Below are positions 10,422-19,628 of a stretch of 64,000 nucleotides of DNA, in pieces. The position numbers and the translations under genes were made by a program. This DNA comes from Candidatus Multivoradales bacterium (lineage in GTDB: Bacteria; Acidobacteriota; Thermoanaerobaculia; Multivoradales; JAHEKO01), in contig CBDFIJ010000004.1 in NCBI GenBank assembly GCA_965248055.1, forward strand, positions 832,001-896,000, given 5' to 3'. The number at the start of each line of letters is the position of its first letter. Within the stretch, counting starts at the first letter, position 1. A model generated the notes under the pieces. It searched no databases and had not been told where the DNA came from. It was given only the letters and a program-made list of their open reading frames with translations.

Positions 10422-12017
10422 ATGAACTCCTCGCTCCGGCTTGACTACGTTTCGCCACTACCTCCGGTGCGCTCCGGAATTGCCGACTACAGCCTAGATT
10501 TGCTGCCAGAGCTAGCCTCACTCTGCGATCTACGGGTGATTTGCCTCGACAACCAATCATTGCCTCAGCAACTGCAGGAAACGTGCGATTCCGCTCCGGC
10601 TGCCGATTTGGCGACCGGCGACCGCACGCCGCTCTACCATATGGGCAACAACCACCACCACGTGCAGATTTGGCATTTGGCTCACCAGATTCCGGGGATT
10701 CTCACCCTGCACGATTTGGTTCTGCATCATCTCTTGGTCGAAGTGACCTTGGGCGAGAACGACTTTGAAAGCTACGCAGAGCGATTGCAAAAAGACCATG
10801 GGTGGCTCGGCGAGTCGGTGGCCCACGCTCGGCAATGGCACGAACTGGGAAACTCTGCGATGTTTGGCGTTTCTGGGCACCGCACTTTGCTACGACGCCA
10901 ACGTGGCGTGTTGGTACACAGTGAATGGGCAGCGCGGACCCTGCGAGAAGAAGATGACGAGTTAAGCGTAAGAGTCGTGCCGATGGGGATTCCACTACCG
11001 GATCTGGTAGAGCCAAAAAACGCGGCGGCTTGGAGGGAAGAAAAGGGCATCCCTCCCGCGGTACCCCTCTTGGGCACATTTGGTTTTCAGACTCCTATCA
11101 AGCGTACCGATCGCGCAATCGCCGCGCTCAGTCATCCGCGTTTACAAGATGCGCATCTAGCGATCGGCGGAGAGATCTCAGGCAAATTGGATCTCAAGCG
11201 CCAAGCTCGAGGGGCTGGGGTGCTTGATCGGGTGCATTTTCTCGGCTTCCTGGACTTTGACGAGTTTCAAACTGCCATCGCCGCCTGCGATCTGTGTCTC
11301 AATTTGCGCTATCCGAGCGCCGGAGAAACCTCGGCCTCGTTACTTCGAGAGCTGGCCCTGGGGCGCCCGGTTGTGGTTTCCGACTACGCCCAGTTCGCCG
11401 ATTTCCCGGACACGGTAGCTCTCAAGGTGCCGCTCGGTGACGGCGAGGAGGGGCACCTTGGCTCAGCCATCGGCGAAGTGTTGCGTGATACCGACCGGAT
11501 AGACGAAATGGCAGCAGCTGCGCGCAGATATATCGAAAGAGAACATGACCCCAAGCGCGCGGCAGAGTCGGCAGTGAGCGCCTGCCTCGAACTTGTCGAC
11601 CTAGAGCCGCCAGGGGACAAACCTCCGCCGAAAATCGTTCCCACGAGTTTTCTCTGGCGCAAGCTACACGGCGAGATCCAAGTCCGAGGGGTGGACGAAG
11701 CGTGGCCGATCGGCGAACAACGGAAACTGACGATTCACTTGGCCAACAACAGCCTAGCGCGCTGGTTGGCGGCCGAACATGACGTTGGTGGAGTGATGGT
11801 TGGAGTGCACTGGCGCCAGGAACCCAAGGATGCCCCGAACGAACAGCAGTGGCTTCCTCTTCCCCACCCTCTCGATCCAGGGGAATCCATCGAACTCCAA
11901 CTGGAGATCCGACGACCACCTGAAAACTCAAGATTCTTGGTGGTTGAACCACACCTTCGTGAGATCTGCGGCTTCAATGCGGTCGAGGGACCAACCTGGG
12001 AGATGGAGCTATCGTGA
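10422..12017 (+). CDS. Glycosyltransferase family 4 (GT-B) with C-terminal Ig-like domain
   Basis: SPLPPVRSGIADYS, YHMGNN, NLRYPSAGETSASLLR..GRPVVVSD motifs. Confidence 0.9.
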   Translation: MNSSLRLDYVSPLPPVRSGIADYSLDLLPELASLCDLRVICLDNQSLPQQLQETCDSAPAADLATGDRTPLYHMGNNHHHVQIWHLAHQIPGILTLHDLVLHHLLVEVTLGENDFESYAERLQKDHGWLGESVAHARQWHELGNSAMFGVSGHRTLLRRQRGVLVHSEWAARTLREEDDELSVRVVPMGIPLPDLVEPKNAAAWREEKGIPPAVPLLGTFGFQTPIKRTDRAIAALSHPRLQDAHLAIGGEISGKLDLKRQARGAGVLDRVHFLGFLDFDEFQTAIAACDLCLNLRYPSAGETSASLLRELALGRPVVVSDYAQFADFPDTVALKVPLGDGEEGHLGSAIGEVLRDTDRIDEMAAAARRYIEREHDPKRAAESAVSACLELVDLEPPGDKPPPKIVPTSFLWRKLHGEIQVRGVDEAWPIGEQRKLTIHLANNSLARWLAAEHDVGGVMVGVHWRQEPKDAPNEQQWLPLPHPLDPGESIELQLEIRRPPENSRFLVVEPHLREICGFNAVEGPTWEMELS

Positions 12018-13420
12018 GCAATGAATTTCCTCGGGTCGATGACGCGGATCTCCCCAAGTGGCGGGAGGTCTGGGACGGCAATCAGCCCCTGCCCTTACCG
12101 CGTCGGCCGGGCCTGACCGGAAAGCTAGTTGCGCTTTTTCGTCGCTTGCTTCGCCCTCTAGTGACCATGGTCCAAGCGGACCTATGGGAACGACAGCGAA
12201 TTTACAATCAATTGATTCAACACCACCTAGAAGCGCGGTATGACCTGGCTGAATCAGTGGCCAAAGCTCAGGACAGCCTATGGGCAGCTCTTGAGCAGCA
12301 GCAAACCAGCCTCGAAGAGGTTAATGACAAGCGTGAGTCCGACACCAAGGCGGTGTACCAAGAACTCCTGAGCTACTCCGATGCGCAGCAGAAACGGATC
12401 CACCGCGTCGAGGACATTCAAAACCAGGGGCTCGATCATATTCGCGAACACCATGACGCTGCCTTCGCGATCATCGATCACAAATTGGATAAGTATCGTC
12501 GCAGGGCTGAAGAGCACCATGAAGCCACACTCGGGCACCACGACGCGATCTACTCGTTGATGGATCACAAACTGGAGCGCTATCGCAGTGCCGATAGGCG
12601 CTTGCAATCCGAGCTAGCTAATCTTCTCAAGGTTGCTGAGGCCGCGTCTTCGCAGTCTGGAACTCGCGCCAACCTCGTTCGCACGCTCGACGAACAGGCC
12701 TACCTGGAACTGGAGCGTCGCCACCGAGGTACCGAACAAGAGATCGCCGAACGGGTCGAGCCTTACCTCCCGTTCCTGGCCAAGGCTCACAAACAACACG
12801 CAGAAGCTGAGGAAGGCGCAGGCATCATTCTGGACCTCGGGTGTGGTCGGGGTGAAGCGCTGGAAGTCTTTCAACAGCGTGACTGGACCGGTCTGGGCGT
12901 CGATTCCAACGCTCAGATGATCGAACAGTGCAAAAAAAAAGGACTTGATGCAGTCGTTGGTGATCTATTCGAGGTCCTCGTTAGCACTCCAGCTGGTTCT
13001 CTCACTGGGGTCGTTTCCTTTCACGTTATTGAGCATCTTCCAAACGATGCGCTGCAGCAACTCATCAACCTCAGTTGGAAAGCGCTCAAACCAGGCGGAG
13101 TGCTGGTGGTGGAAACCCCGAGCCCTCTTTCTGTCATCGTCGGAGCTCGCAATTTCTGGCTTGATCCCACCCACCAGCGACCGGTGCATCCCCAAAGTCT
13201 CAAACTCGCCTTTGAACTGGCCGGGTTTGGAGACGTTGAACGCATCGATCGCCAACCCTTTGCTGACGAGCAGCGCCTGCCACAGGTCGAGACCACAGAA
13301 CTTTCCGGAGAGCTCCTCGATATGGCCCATCAGGTCAACTTGCTCCGTGACCAACTCGACAACTTGCTCTACGGATTCCAAGACTTTGGCATGGTCGGGT
13401 GTAAACCCCGTCTGGAATGA
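12014..13420 (+). CDS. Class I SAM-dependent methyltransferase with N-terminal coiled coil (glycan capping type)
   Basis: ILDLGCGRGE, SFHVIEHL, LKPGGVLVVETP, FWLDPTH; GTGA overlap with GT4. Confidence 0.88.
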   Translation: MSNEFPRVDDADLPKWREVWDGNQPLPLPRRPGLTGKLVALFRRLLRPLVTMVQADLWERQRIYNQLIQHHLEARYDLAESVAKAQDSLWAALEQQQTSLEEVNDKRESDTKAVYQELLSYSDAQQKRIHRVEDIQNQGLDHIREHHDAAFAIIDHKLDKYRRRAEEHHEATLGHHDAIYSLMDHKLERYRSADRRLQSELANLLKVAEAASSQSGTRANLVRTLDEQAYLELERRHRGTEQEIAERVEPYLPFLAKAHKQHAEAEEGAGIILDLGCGRGEALEVFQQRDWTGLGVDSNAQMIEQCKKKGLDAVVGDLFEVLVSTPAGSLTGVVSFHVIEHLPNDALQQLINLSWKALKPGGVLVVETPSPLSVIVGARNFWLDPTHQRPVHPQSLKLAFELAGFGDVERIDRQPFADEQRLPQVETTELSGELLDMAHQVNLLRDQLDNLLYGFQDFGMVGCKPRLE

Positions 13421-13971
13421 ATCAACTCAATCAGCGTTTCCGAATGCTGATCGCGTCTACTTGGGACGGACATGACATTGATCCCGGCGAGCAAGCCCAA
13501 ATCGTGCTGCACTGGGATCAAGATTCTCTCTATATTCAAGTCGACGCCCCCTTCCACAATGACCCTTCCCCTCCCGGACCTGCTCGATCTACTGATCGAC
13601 TTTGGGATTTCGAAGTCGTGGAAACCTTCATTGCCAACGCCTTGGAGGCAACTCGACCGCTCCATGCAGAGATCCGGTATACAGAGATCGAGCTTTCTCC
13701 CCATGGTCATTTCTTGATTCTGAAGATGAATGGCATTCGCCATCCAGTGGAAACTGTCGTCGAGGTCGATTATCGCGCGACTATCGATGGTAACCGCTGG
13801 CAGGGAAAGCTTTCACTGCCGCGACATGATCTGCCAGATCCTCCTTATGTGGCCAACGCCTATGCGATCCATGGCACTGGTGATGCCCGAACTTACTTGG
13901 CGGCAACACCGGTCCCGGGAGACCAAGCAGACTTCCACCAGCCGCACTTGTTTTTGCCCCTTGGAGGCTAA
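13417..13971 (+). CDS. UPF0462/C4orf33-like protein (CBM9/DOMON-like)
   Basis: TWDG, APF..DP, LWDFEVVETF, YTEIELSPHG, NAYAIHG, PVP..DFH match the C4orf33 family pattern as recalled; ATGA overlap with the methyltransferase. Confidence 0.8.
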   Translation: MNQLNQRFRMLIASTWDGHDIDPGEQAQIVLHWDQDSLYIQVDAPFHNDPSPPGPARSTDRLWDFEVVETFIANALEATRPLHAEIRYTEIELSPHGHFLILKMNGIRHPVETVVEVDYRATIDGNRWQGKLSLPRHDLPDPPYVANAYAIHGTGDARTYLAATPVPGDQADFHQPHLFLPLGG

Positions 13972-14145
13972 ACGGGCGAGCGCCACAAACCATCGACCGG
14001 TATTCGCACCAGTTAGACTTGTCCCGACTCACCCCCGAGGTGAAGCGGGTTCTGATCCTGGTGGATGGAACGGCTCACCACAAACTCATCGGAATCGTGA
14101 GAGGACCGAGAGCTGTCAACCGTAATTGACAGCCATCCCTGACTT

Positions 14146-14664
14146 CTACTCCGCTCTCACCCTCTGGTAAATGAACTGGGCCTCCTGTGCCTCTTCCCCA
14201 TCTTCACCACCAATCAGCACCCACACATGCAGTTCGTCCTCAGTCACCCGCTCAAAGGTCATTCCGGCGAAATAGGCGGCGTTCTCGGCCAGCTCGACTA
14301 GAGGGAAATCCACCGTCTCGTCCTTTTCTTCCCAGCCCTTCAAATCACCGTGGAAGTGCTTGAGCTGCAGCACCAAGCTTTCCTCCACCTCCCGAATCAC
14401 CTCGATCTCATAGAACTGCACCACCCCTTCGGCGACTAACTTAAACGACGCCATCATGCTGTCGCCCAACGGTGGCGTCCACACCTCTTCAGTCACTCCG
14501 CCGAACGCCTCCCCACTCCAACTGCCGGCAATCCATGCAATGTCTTCAATCGCCGCGGGCGGTGACGAAGCTCCTTCCGCCAACTGTTTGGTGTGCGCAT
14601 TGTCGGCCATAACGGCGCTAGCAGTGAGTGCAACAACCAGCAATATCAGTACTCTAAGTCTCAT
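14146..14664 (-). CDS. Secreted DUF6265-like protein
   Basis: Signal peptide; DIAWIAGSWSG..EEVWTPPLGDSMMASF..LKHF..WEEK pattern; RBS AGGAG. Confidence 0.75.
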   Translation of the reverse strand: MRLRVLILLVVALTASAVMADNAHTKQLAEGASSPPAAIEDIAWIAGSWSGEAFGGVTEEVWTPPLGDSMMASFKLVAEGVVQFYEIEVIREVEESLVLQLKHFHGDLKGWEEKDETVDFPLVELAENAAYFAGMTFERVTEDELHVWVLIGGEDGEEAQEAQFIYQRVRAE

Positions 14665-14713
14665 CTTTGTCTCCTATCGAAGTCTCATTTCTTCACTGCG
14701 AACCCACCTGAAT

Positions 14714-14772
14714 ACGTCGCTGCGAGCGACACGTCAAGCGGACATGTCGCAATTTCTCAATTCTTGCGACAC
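14714..14772. repeat. Array of alternating GTCGC/GCGAC inverted motifs (operator-like)
   Basis: GCGACACGTC-N5-GACATGTCGC (9/10 IR) and TGTCGCAA-N11-TTGCGACA (perfect 8-bp IR). Confidence 0.65.
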
Positions 14773-14795
14773 CTTTCAATCCGAGGATTCGTAGG

Positions 14796-15965
14796 TTATA
14801 AGGGCTCAGTTCCTTCACCTAGAAGCCTCAGATACTCCTTGTACACGTAAATTCGACGCCAGTTTCGTCCACTAACCTCCTCGACGATGTCGAGGCCCAC
14901 TAGGCGGTCAATAGCGCGCTTCACCGTCGGTTGAGATAGCCCAGTAGTCGCAGAAACACTACCAACTGTCGATACAGGCCTTGCGCAATAACTATCCAAG
15001 ACAGCTAGTGTTGAACCTTGCGCCTGTCCAGCCACGGATCTGGTGCAACCCCGGTCGTGTTCAAACATCGTGGTTAACTCGCGTGCAGTCACTACTGCCT
15101 GTTCGGCGGTTTCGGCAACTCCATCCGCAAAGAACCTCAGCCAACCTTCCCAGTCACCCGACTCGCGCGTGAAGCTAAGTAGCTCGTAGTAGCGCGATCG
15201 GTTCTTCTTTAAATAGAGGCTTAGATAGAGCAACGGCTCGTGAAGTACGCCTTCGGCACTCAGTATCAACGCAATCAGCAGACGCCCGACCCGGCCGTTG
15301 CCATCCAGAAACGGGTGGATCGTCTCGAATTGCAGATGAGCAAGCGCCGCTTTGATGAGGGCTGAAGTTCTCTCCGGCTGATCGTGAATGAAGGATTCAA
15401 GATCAGCCATACAATTGCCAATCCGATCTGCAGGCGGTGGCACAAACACCGCATTCCCCGGCCTAGACCCGCCAATCCAGTTCTGAGATTTACGAAACTC
15501 CCCCGGCTGCTGGTGACTGCCCCTCCCGCTGGCTAGAAGACGCTCATGCATCTCGCAAATCAAGCGATTGGAGATTGGGAAGCCGCCACGGATTCGCTCC
15601 AAACCGTGGTCCAGTGCGGCGACGTAGTTGGATACCTCGGTGACATCATCGATTGGTACCCCTGGAGCCTCATCCATCTCGAACAGGAGCAGCTGCGAAA
15701 AGGAACTCTGGGTCCCCTCAATCTGAGAAGACAGCACCGCCTCCTTGCGAACATAGCTGTAGATAAAAAGGTGCGGCTCGGGGAGGATTGTCGAAACAGC
15801 GTCCAATCGTCCCAGCGCAGTAAGAGCATGATCGAGCGCATCGCGCAACTCGCTGCTGAACTCAAGCGGTGGACGAGGCGGCAACGGGCTCGGTACAAAC
15901 GCCTCGAACGGCTCGGGTCCCACGTGCGTCACCGTAACGTAGGCGCCCTGACTAGTACGGCGCAT
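14796..15965 (-). CDS. Fic family protein (Fic N-terminal domain, Fic, C-terminal wHTH)
   Basis: EAVLSSQIEG, canonical HPFLDGNGRVGR, C-terminal HTH ..LSQPTVKRAIDRLVGLDIVEE. Confidence 0.93.
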   Translation of the reverse strand: MRRTSQGAYVTVTHVGPEPFEAFVPSPLPPRPPLEFSSELRDALDHALTALGRLDAVSTILPEPHLFIYSYVRKEAVLSSQIEGTQSSFSQLLLFEMDEAPGVPIDDVTEVSNYVAALDHGLERIRGGFPISNRLICEMHERLLASGRGSHQQPGEFRKSQNWIGGSRPGNAVFVPPPADRIGNCMADLESFIHDQPERTSALIKAALAHLQFETIHPFLDGNGRVGRLLIALILSAEGVLHEPLLYLSLYLKKNRSRYYELLSFTRESGDWEGWLRFFADGVAETAEQAVVTARELTTMFEHDRGCTRSVAGQAQGSTLAVLDSYCARPVSTVGSVSATTGLSQPTVKRAIDRLVGLDIVEEVSGRNWRRIYVYKEYLRLLGEGTEPL

Positions 15966-16046
15966 AATAAAGAGAAATTAACACATGCGGCCTTTTTCGT
16001 TAGAAGCTCGAATCACTTTTAACACCCCTCCGCGCCACCACCACCT

Positions 16047-16086
16047 CGTCATCCCGGCGCGCGGGGGTCTAGGGGGGTCGGGATCT
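16047..16086 (+). repeat. REP-like palindromic element, family A (CGTCATCCCGGCG...GGGATCT)
   Basis: Related copies at 17230 (+) and 34693, 36580, 36711, 37780 (-). Confidence 0.75.
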
Positions 16087-16166
16087 TTAGCAATCGCGCG
16101 ACTCGGCTATGCCATCCCTACAGCTTTCTGCCGCTTCTCCCAACTCTCCCACTTCCGACCCAGAAG

Positions 16167-16219
16167 GTCGTCCTGAGCGAGCCCGAGCAGCGCCGAGGTG
16201 GAGCCGAAGGATCTCAACG
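16167..16219 (+). repeat. REP-like element, family B (GTCGTCCTGAGCG...CGAAGGATCTCAACG)
   Basis: Inverted counterpart at 34571-34616. Confidence 0.75.
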
Positions 16220-16234
16220 GGCCGTTAGGGCTTC

Positions 16235-16516
16235 CTACGCTAGGCCCGCCGCACGCTGACGCTTCGCCCATGTCGCTTTCGCCTTCGCCCTCTCCTCTTC
16301 GCGATCCTTGCTCGGAGCAGTGGTCACCAAGCCATCAATCAATCGCCTCGACGCCACCGCCACCTCTTCCACCGCCCGCTCGAACACCGATTCATTCACC
16401 TGCGACGGCGCCCGCATACCGGACAGCTTGCGTACAAACTGCAACGCAGCATCGCTCAGCTCTTCGTCAGTCGCTGGTGGATCAAAGTTAAACAGGGGTT
16501 TGATATTTCTACACAT
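16235..16516 (-). CDS. DUF2277 family protein
   Basis: MCRNIKPLFNFDPPATDEE..AALQFVRKLSG signature. Confidence 0.9.
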   Translation of the reverse strand: MCRNIKPLFNFDPPATDEELSDAALQFVRKLSGMRAPSQVNESVFERAVEEVAVASRRLIDGLVTTAPSKDREEERAKAKATWAKRQRAAGLA

Positions 16517-16542
16517 AATTCCTTTCCGCGTTTCCGTCGAAC

Positions 16543-17013
16543 CTATCGACCGATATGAATCGTGGCCTCGGACTCACCCAGTTTCAGGGTGAAGTTCTTG
16601 AGTGGCTGCACCACAAAGCGATGCTCCCCAGGGCTGAAGTAGCTGGCAAAGAGGACCCCACCCAGCGCCCCACGGCGATGATCGACCGTCTCCGTCACCC
16701 CAGCCGAGCCAGGTACCCACTCTCGCGCATGGACCTGCAACATCTCAGGTGCCGCGTCCGCCAGGAACTGATCTCGCCCCTCGAACCACTGTTCAGCGTC
16801 CATCCCCTGCAACGCCTGGTACAGCTCCTGGTCATAAACGATCAGGAAGTCCACCGCCACCGGGTGGTTCCCATTCATCTGCCCATCGACCTCTACTTCG
16901 AAATCGATCTTGCCGCCGAACGCCCGGCCCGAACCCAGACTGCTGCAACCACCTAGAATCAAACAGGCCATCAGCAGGCATCCGGCGAGTCTCTTGGTGT
17001 TGTGCAACGACAT
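16543..17013 (-). CDS. Lipoprotein resembling T6SS TssJ/SciN (orphan)
   Basis: Lipobox LGGC; N..PVAVDFLIVYD..AEQWF..WVPG..LFASY..PGEHR pattern; RBS AAGGAG before ATG 17013. Confidence 0.6.
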   Translation of the reverse strand: MSLHNTKRLAGCLLMACLILGGCSSLGSGRAFGGKIDFEVEVDGQMNGNHPVAVDFLIVYDQELYQALQGMDAEQWFEGRDQFLADAAPEMLQVHAREWVPGSAGVTETVDHRRGALGGVLFASYFSPGEHRFVVQPLKNFTLKLGESEATIHIGR

Positions 17014-17229
17014 CTCCTTTTCAGCTTCCGGATCGATTCTACGAAAAACTAATCGAACTCCACCCCTACTACCAACCCTGATGAACAAGAGGACCCCATT
17101 CGACCTATCCCGGTGGGGCTCACTCTTTCCTTGAGCCTGCCCCGCGTGCGACGGCCCTTGGGGGGCGGGAGCCATCCCGGCGGCGCCCCTTCTTCCTTCC
17201 TGTGATTTCTGGCGGGCTCTTCCCACTCT

Positions 17230-17269
17230 CGTCATCCCGGCGTGCGGGGGTCTTGGGGGGCCGGGATCT
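17230..17269 (+). repeat. REP-like element, family A
   Basis: CGTCATCCCGGCGTGCGGGGGTCTTGGGGGGCCGGGATCT, close to the 16047 copy. Confidence 0.75.
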
Positions 17270-17298
17270 ATCCCAATCCCTTCCACCTAGACCAATAA

Positions 17299-18030
17299 CT
17301 ACCCGCCACCAACCAACGGAACCCGGTTCAACTCATCCCGCTGCACCCGCCAATCCGGTAAGAACTGATCCAGCAACCCCCAAAACCGAGCGTTGTGGTG
17401 TCTCTCCAACAAATGCGCCAGCTCATGCACCACCACGTACTCTAGACACTCCGGCGGCTTCTTCACCAACTCGGTATTCAAACGAATGGTCCGAGCCCGG
17501 ATATTGCAACTCCCCCACCGAGTATTCATCCGCCGTACGTAGAATCCTTCCGTCCGTACGCCCATCTTTGGCTGCCATGTTTCCAATAGTAGGGGAATCG
17601 CCAACTTCAGTTGCTCCCGGGACCACGCCTCCACCACTGGCTGACGCTTGGCTCGGTTCGCACCGGGCCTTACCGACAGCTCCAAAACCTCATGGTTGAG
17701 CCTCACCTCCGGAGTTTGATCGCGCTCGACCACCGCCAGCCGATAGCTCCTCCCCCACACCCAGTGCCTCTCGCCATCCACATACTCGGGTCGAGCCACC
17801 CTCCCCCGCGCCCGGATCTTTGTCTGTTGTCGCACGATCCAATCCAACCTAGATAGCGCAAACGCCCGAATCGCCCGCAACGGCATCCGCTTGGGAGCGG
17901 AAAGCCACACCCGCCCATCTGGAGCAGTCACGTGTAGGTGGAGGTTCTTGATGTTCTTGCGAACGAGCTCAATGGGTATCTCACCCGCGACAAAGTGCGA
18001 TCTCGATTGCTCGTTCTGTCGGTTCATCAT
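17299..18030 (-). CDS. YgjP/DUF45-type zinc metallohydrolase
   Basis: MNTRWGSC, LNTEL, EYVVVHELAHL..HNARFW; family often linked to type I R-M. Start uncertain. Confidence 0.9.
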   Translation of the reverse strand: MMNRQNEQSRSHFVAGEIPIELVRKNIKNLHLHVTAPDGRVWLSAPKRMPLRAIRAFALSRLDWIVRQQTKIRARGRVARPEYVDGERHWVWGRSYRLAVVERDQTPEVRLNHEVLELSVRPGANRAKRQPVVEAWSREQLKLAIPLLLETWQPKMGVRTEGFYVRRMNTRWGSCNIRARTIRLNTELVKKPPECLEYVVVHELAHLLERHHNARFWGLLDQFLPDWRVQRDELNRVPLVGGG

Positions 18031-18133
18031 GATCGCGGTCACCCGGACCTCTATCCTTAAGCATTTGGCATTCTTCTCCAAGGAAAAACTCTCAGGGATC
18101 GTTTCCAAATGGAACTGGAACGATGACTCTTAA

Positions 18134-18212
18134 CGCGCCACTTAAAGTTGTTTTAGTGGCGCGGACCCTTGATTTTCGAACTTAGTGGCGCGATAATACG
18201 AATCGCGCCACT
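18134..18212. promoter_or_regulatory. Four AGTGGCGCG motifs forming two inverted-repeat pairs (operator-like)
   Basis: CGCGCCACT-N12-AGTGGCGCG (18134-18163) and AGTGGCGCGAT-N7-ATCGCGCCACT (18184-18212), just before the RBS of the HTH-Fic gene. Confidence 0.75.
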
Positions 18213-18224
18213 TTGGAGTGCCTA

Positions 18225-19628
18225 ATGCCCCGGAAAATTCCTGAAACAGAACTGGACGCCCTAGCCAACGCCGCAGCAGAGTCCGCTGAGGGCCTCGGAG
18301 TCTCTGAGCTGCAGCAAGCCTTCCCGGAGATGCCGCGCCGCTCGATGCAACGCCGCCTGGCCCTACTGGTCGCGAAAGGCCGAATCAAAAAGACTGGAAA
18401 GGGTAGAGCAACTCGATACCAAGCGCCGAGGCAGAGCTCGGCAGACGCCGTCGAAGTCCACGAGCCAAGCAACGCTCCCGAATTACCAGGACTATCGCGC
18501 GAAGCACTAGCGGTGCGTCAGCTGGTCCACCGCCCCATCGCTGCTCGCACTCCTGTGGGATACCAACGAGCGTTTCTGGGTGAGTATCAACCGAATCAGA
18601 CTCGCTACCTGCCGGATGAGCTGCGTGAACAGCTACACGTGCAGGGTCGTTCACCTGTGGGAGGCCGACCCGCCGGCACCTATGCCCTTCAGATTTTGGA
18701 TCGATTGCTGATCGACCTTTCGTGGGCGTCCAGTCGTCTGGAAGGCAACACCTACACCCGCCTCGACACCCATAACCTGATCGCCTTTGGCAAGGCTGCT
18801 GAAGGCAAAGACAGTGTCGAGACCCAGATGGTCCTCAACCACAAGCAGGCGATCGAGATGCTGGTCGAGGGAGCTGAAGTCATCGAATTCGATCGCTTCA
18901 CCTTCCAGAATCTCCACGCGCTGCTGGCCGAGAATCTACTCTCCGAATCAGGTGCTGCCGGCCGCCTGCGCGAGATCGAGGTTGGCATCAGTGGCACTGT
19001 CTACCAACCGTTGGCAATCCCAGCGCAGATCGACGAACTCTTCGGCGAGATCTTGGAGAAGGCCGACGCGATCGACGATCCCTTTGAACAGGCGTTCTTC
19101 ATCATGGTGCATTTGCCCTACCTGCAGCCATTCGAAGACGTAAACAAGAGGGTCTCGCGACTAGGCGCGAACATTCCACTCATCCAGCACAACCTCGCCC
19201 CACTGTCTTTTGTCGACGTACCGCGGGAGGAGTACATCAGCGCCACCCTGGGCGTCTACGAGTTGAACCGCGTCGAACTCCTGCGCGACGTCTTCGTCTG
19301 GGCATACCGCCGATCGTGTCAGCGCTACACCGCCATCAAAGATAGCTTGCCCCAACCCAACCCGCTACGCTTGCGCAACCGCGACGCTCTAACCGAGGTG
19401 GTCAGTGCCATGGTCCGCGACATGGCCAAGATCGATACCCACGTTATCCGCGAGCTCGCTACGTCGCAGGTAGCAACGGCGGACATCAACGACTTTGTCG
19501 CGCTGGCCATGAACGAACTCTTCCAATTGCATCAGGGGAATCTGGCGCGTTTCCGGCTACGACCCTCTGAATTTGAACGCTGGCTTGTCGTGCGTGAGGG
19601 TCAAAGGAACGAACCCAAACACAGTTAG
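18225..19628 (+). CDS. Fic family protein with N-terminal wHTH and non-canonical motif
   Basis: SWASSRLEGN, YLQPFEDVNKRVSR, N-terminal PRRSMQRRLALLV..GKGRATRY; GGAG RBS before ATG 18225. Confidence 0.9.
   Translation: MPRKIPETELDALANAAAESAEGLGVSELQQAFPEMPRRSMQRRLALLVAKGRIKKTGKGRATRYQAPRQSSADAVEVHEPSNAPELPGLSREALAVRQLVHRPIAARTPVGYQRAFLGEYQPNQTRYLPDELREQLHVQGRSPVGGRPAGTYALQILDRLLIDLSWASSRLEGNTYTRLDTHNLIAFGKAAEGKDSVETQMVLNHKQAIEMLVEGAEVIEFDRFTFQNLHALLAENLLSESGAAGRLREIEVGISGTVYQPLAIPAQIDELFGEILEKADAIDDPFEQAFFIMVHLPYLQPFEDVNKRVSRLGANIPLIQHNLAPLSFVDVPREEYISATLGVYELNRVELLRDVFVWAYRRSCQRYTAIKDSLPQPNPLRLRNRDALTEVVSAMVRDMAKIDTHVIRELATSQVATADINDFVALAMNELFQLHQGNLARFRLRPSEFERWLVVREGQRNEPKHS

Noticed and set aside
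17014-17286. N-terminal extension of the TssJ-like ORF
   Set aside because: Reads through a repeat element; RBS and lipoprotein signal support ATG 17013.
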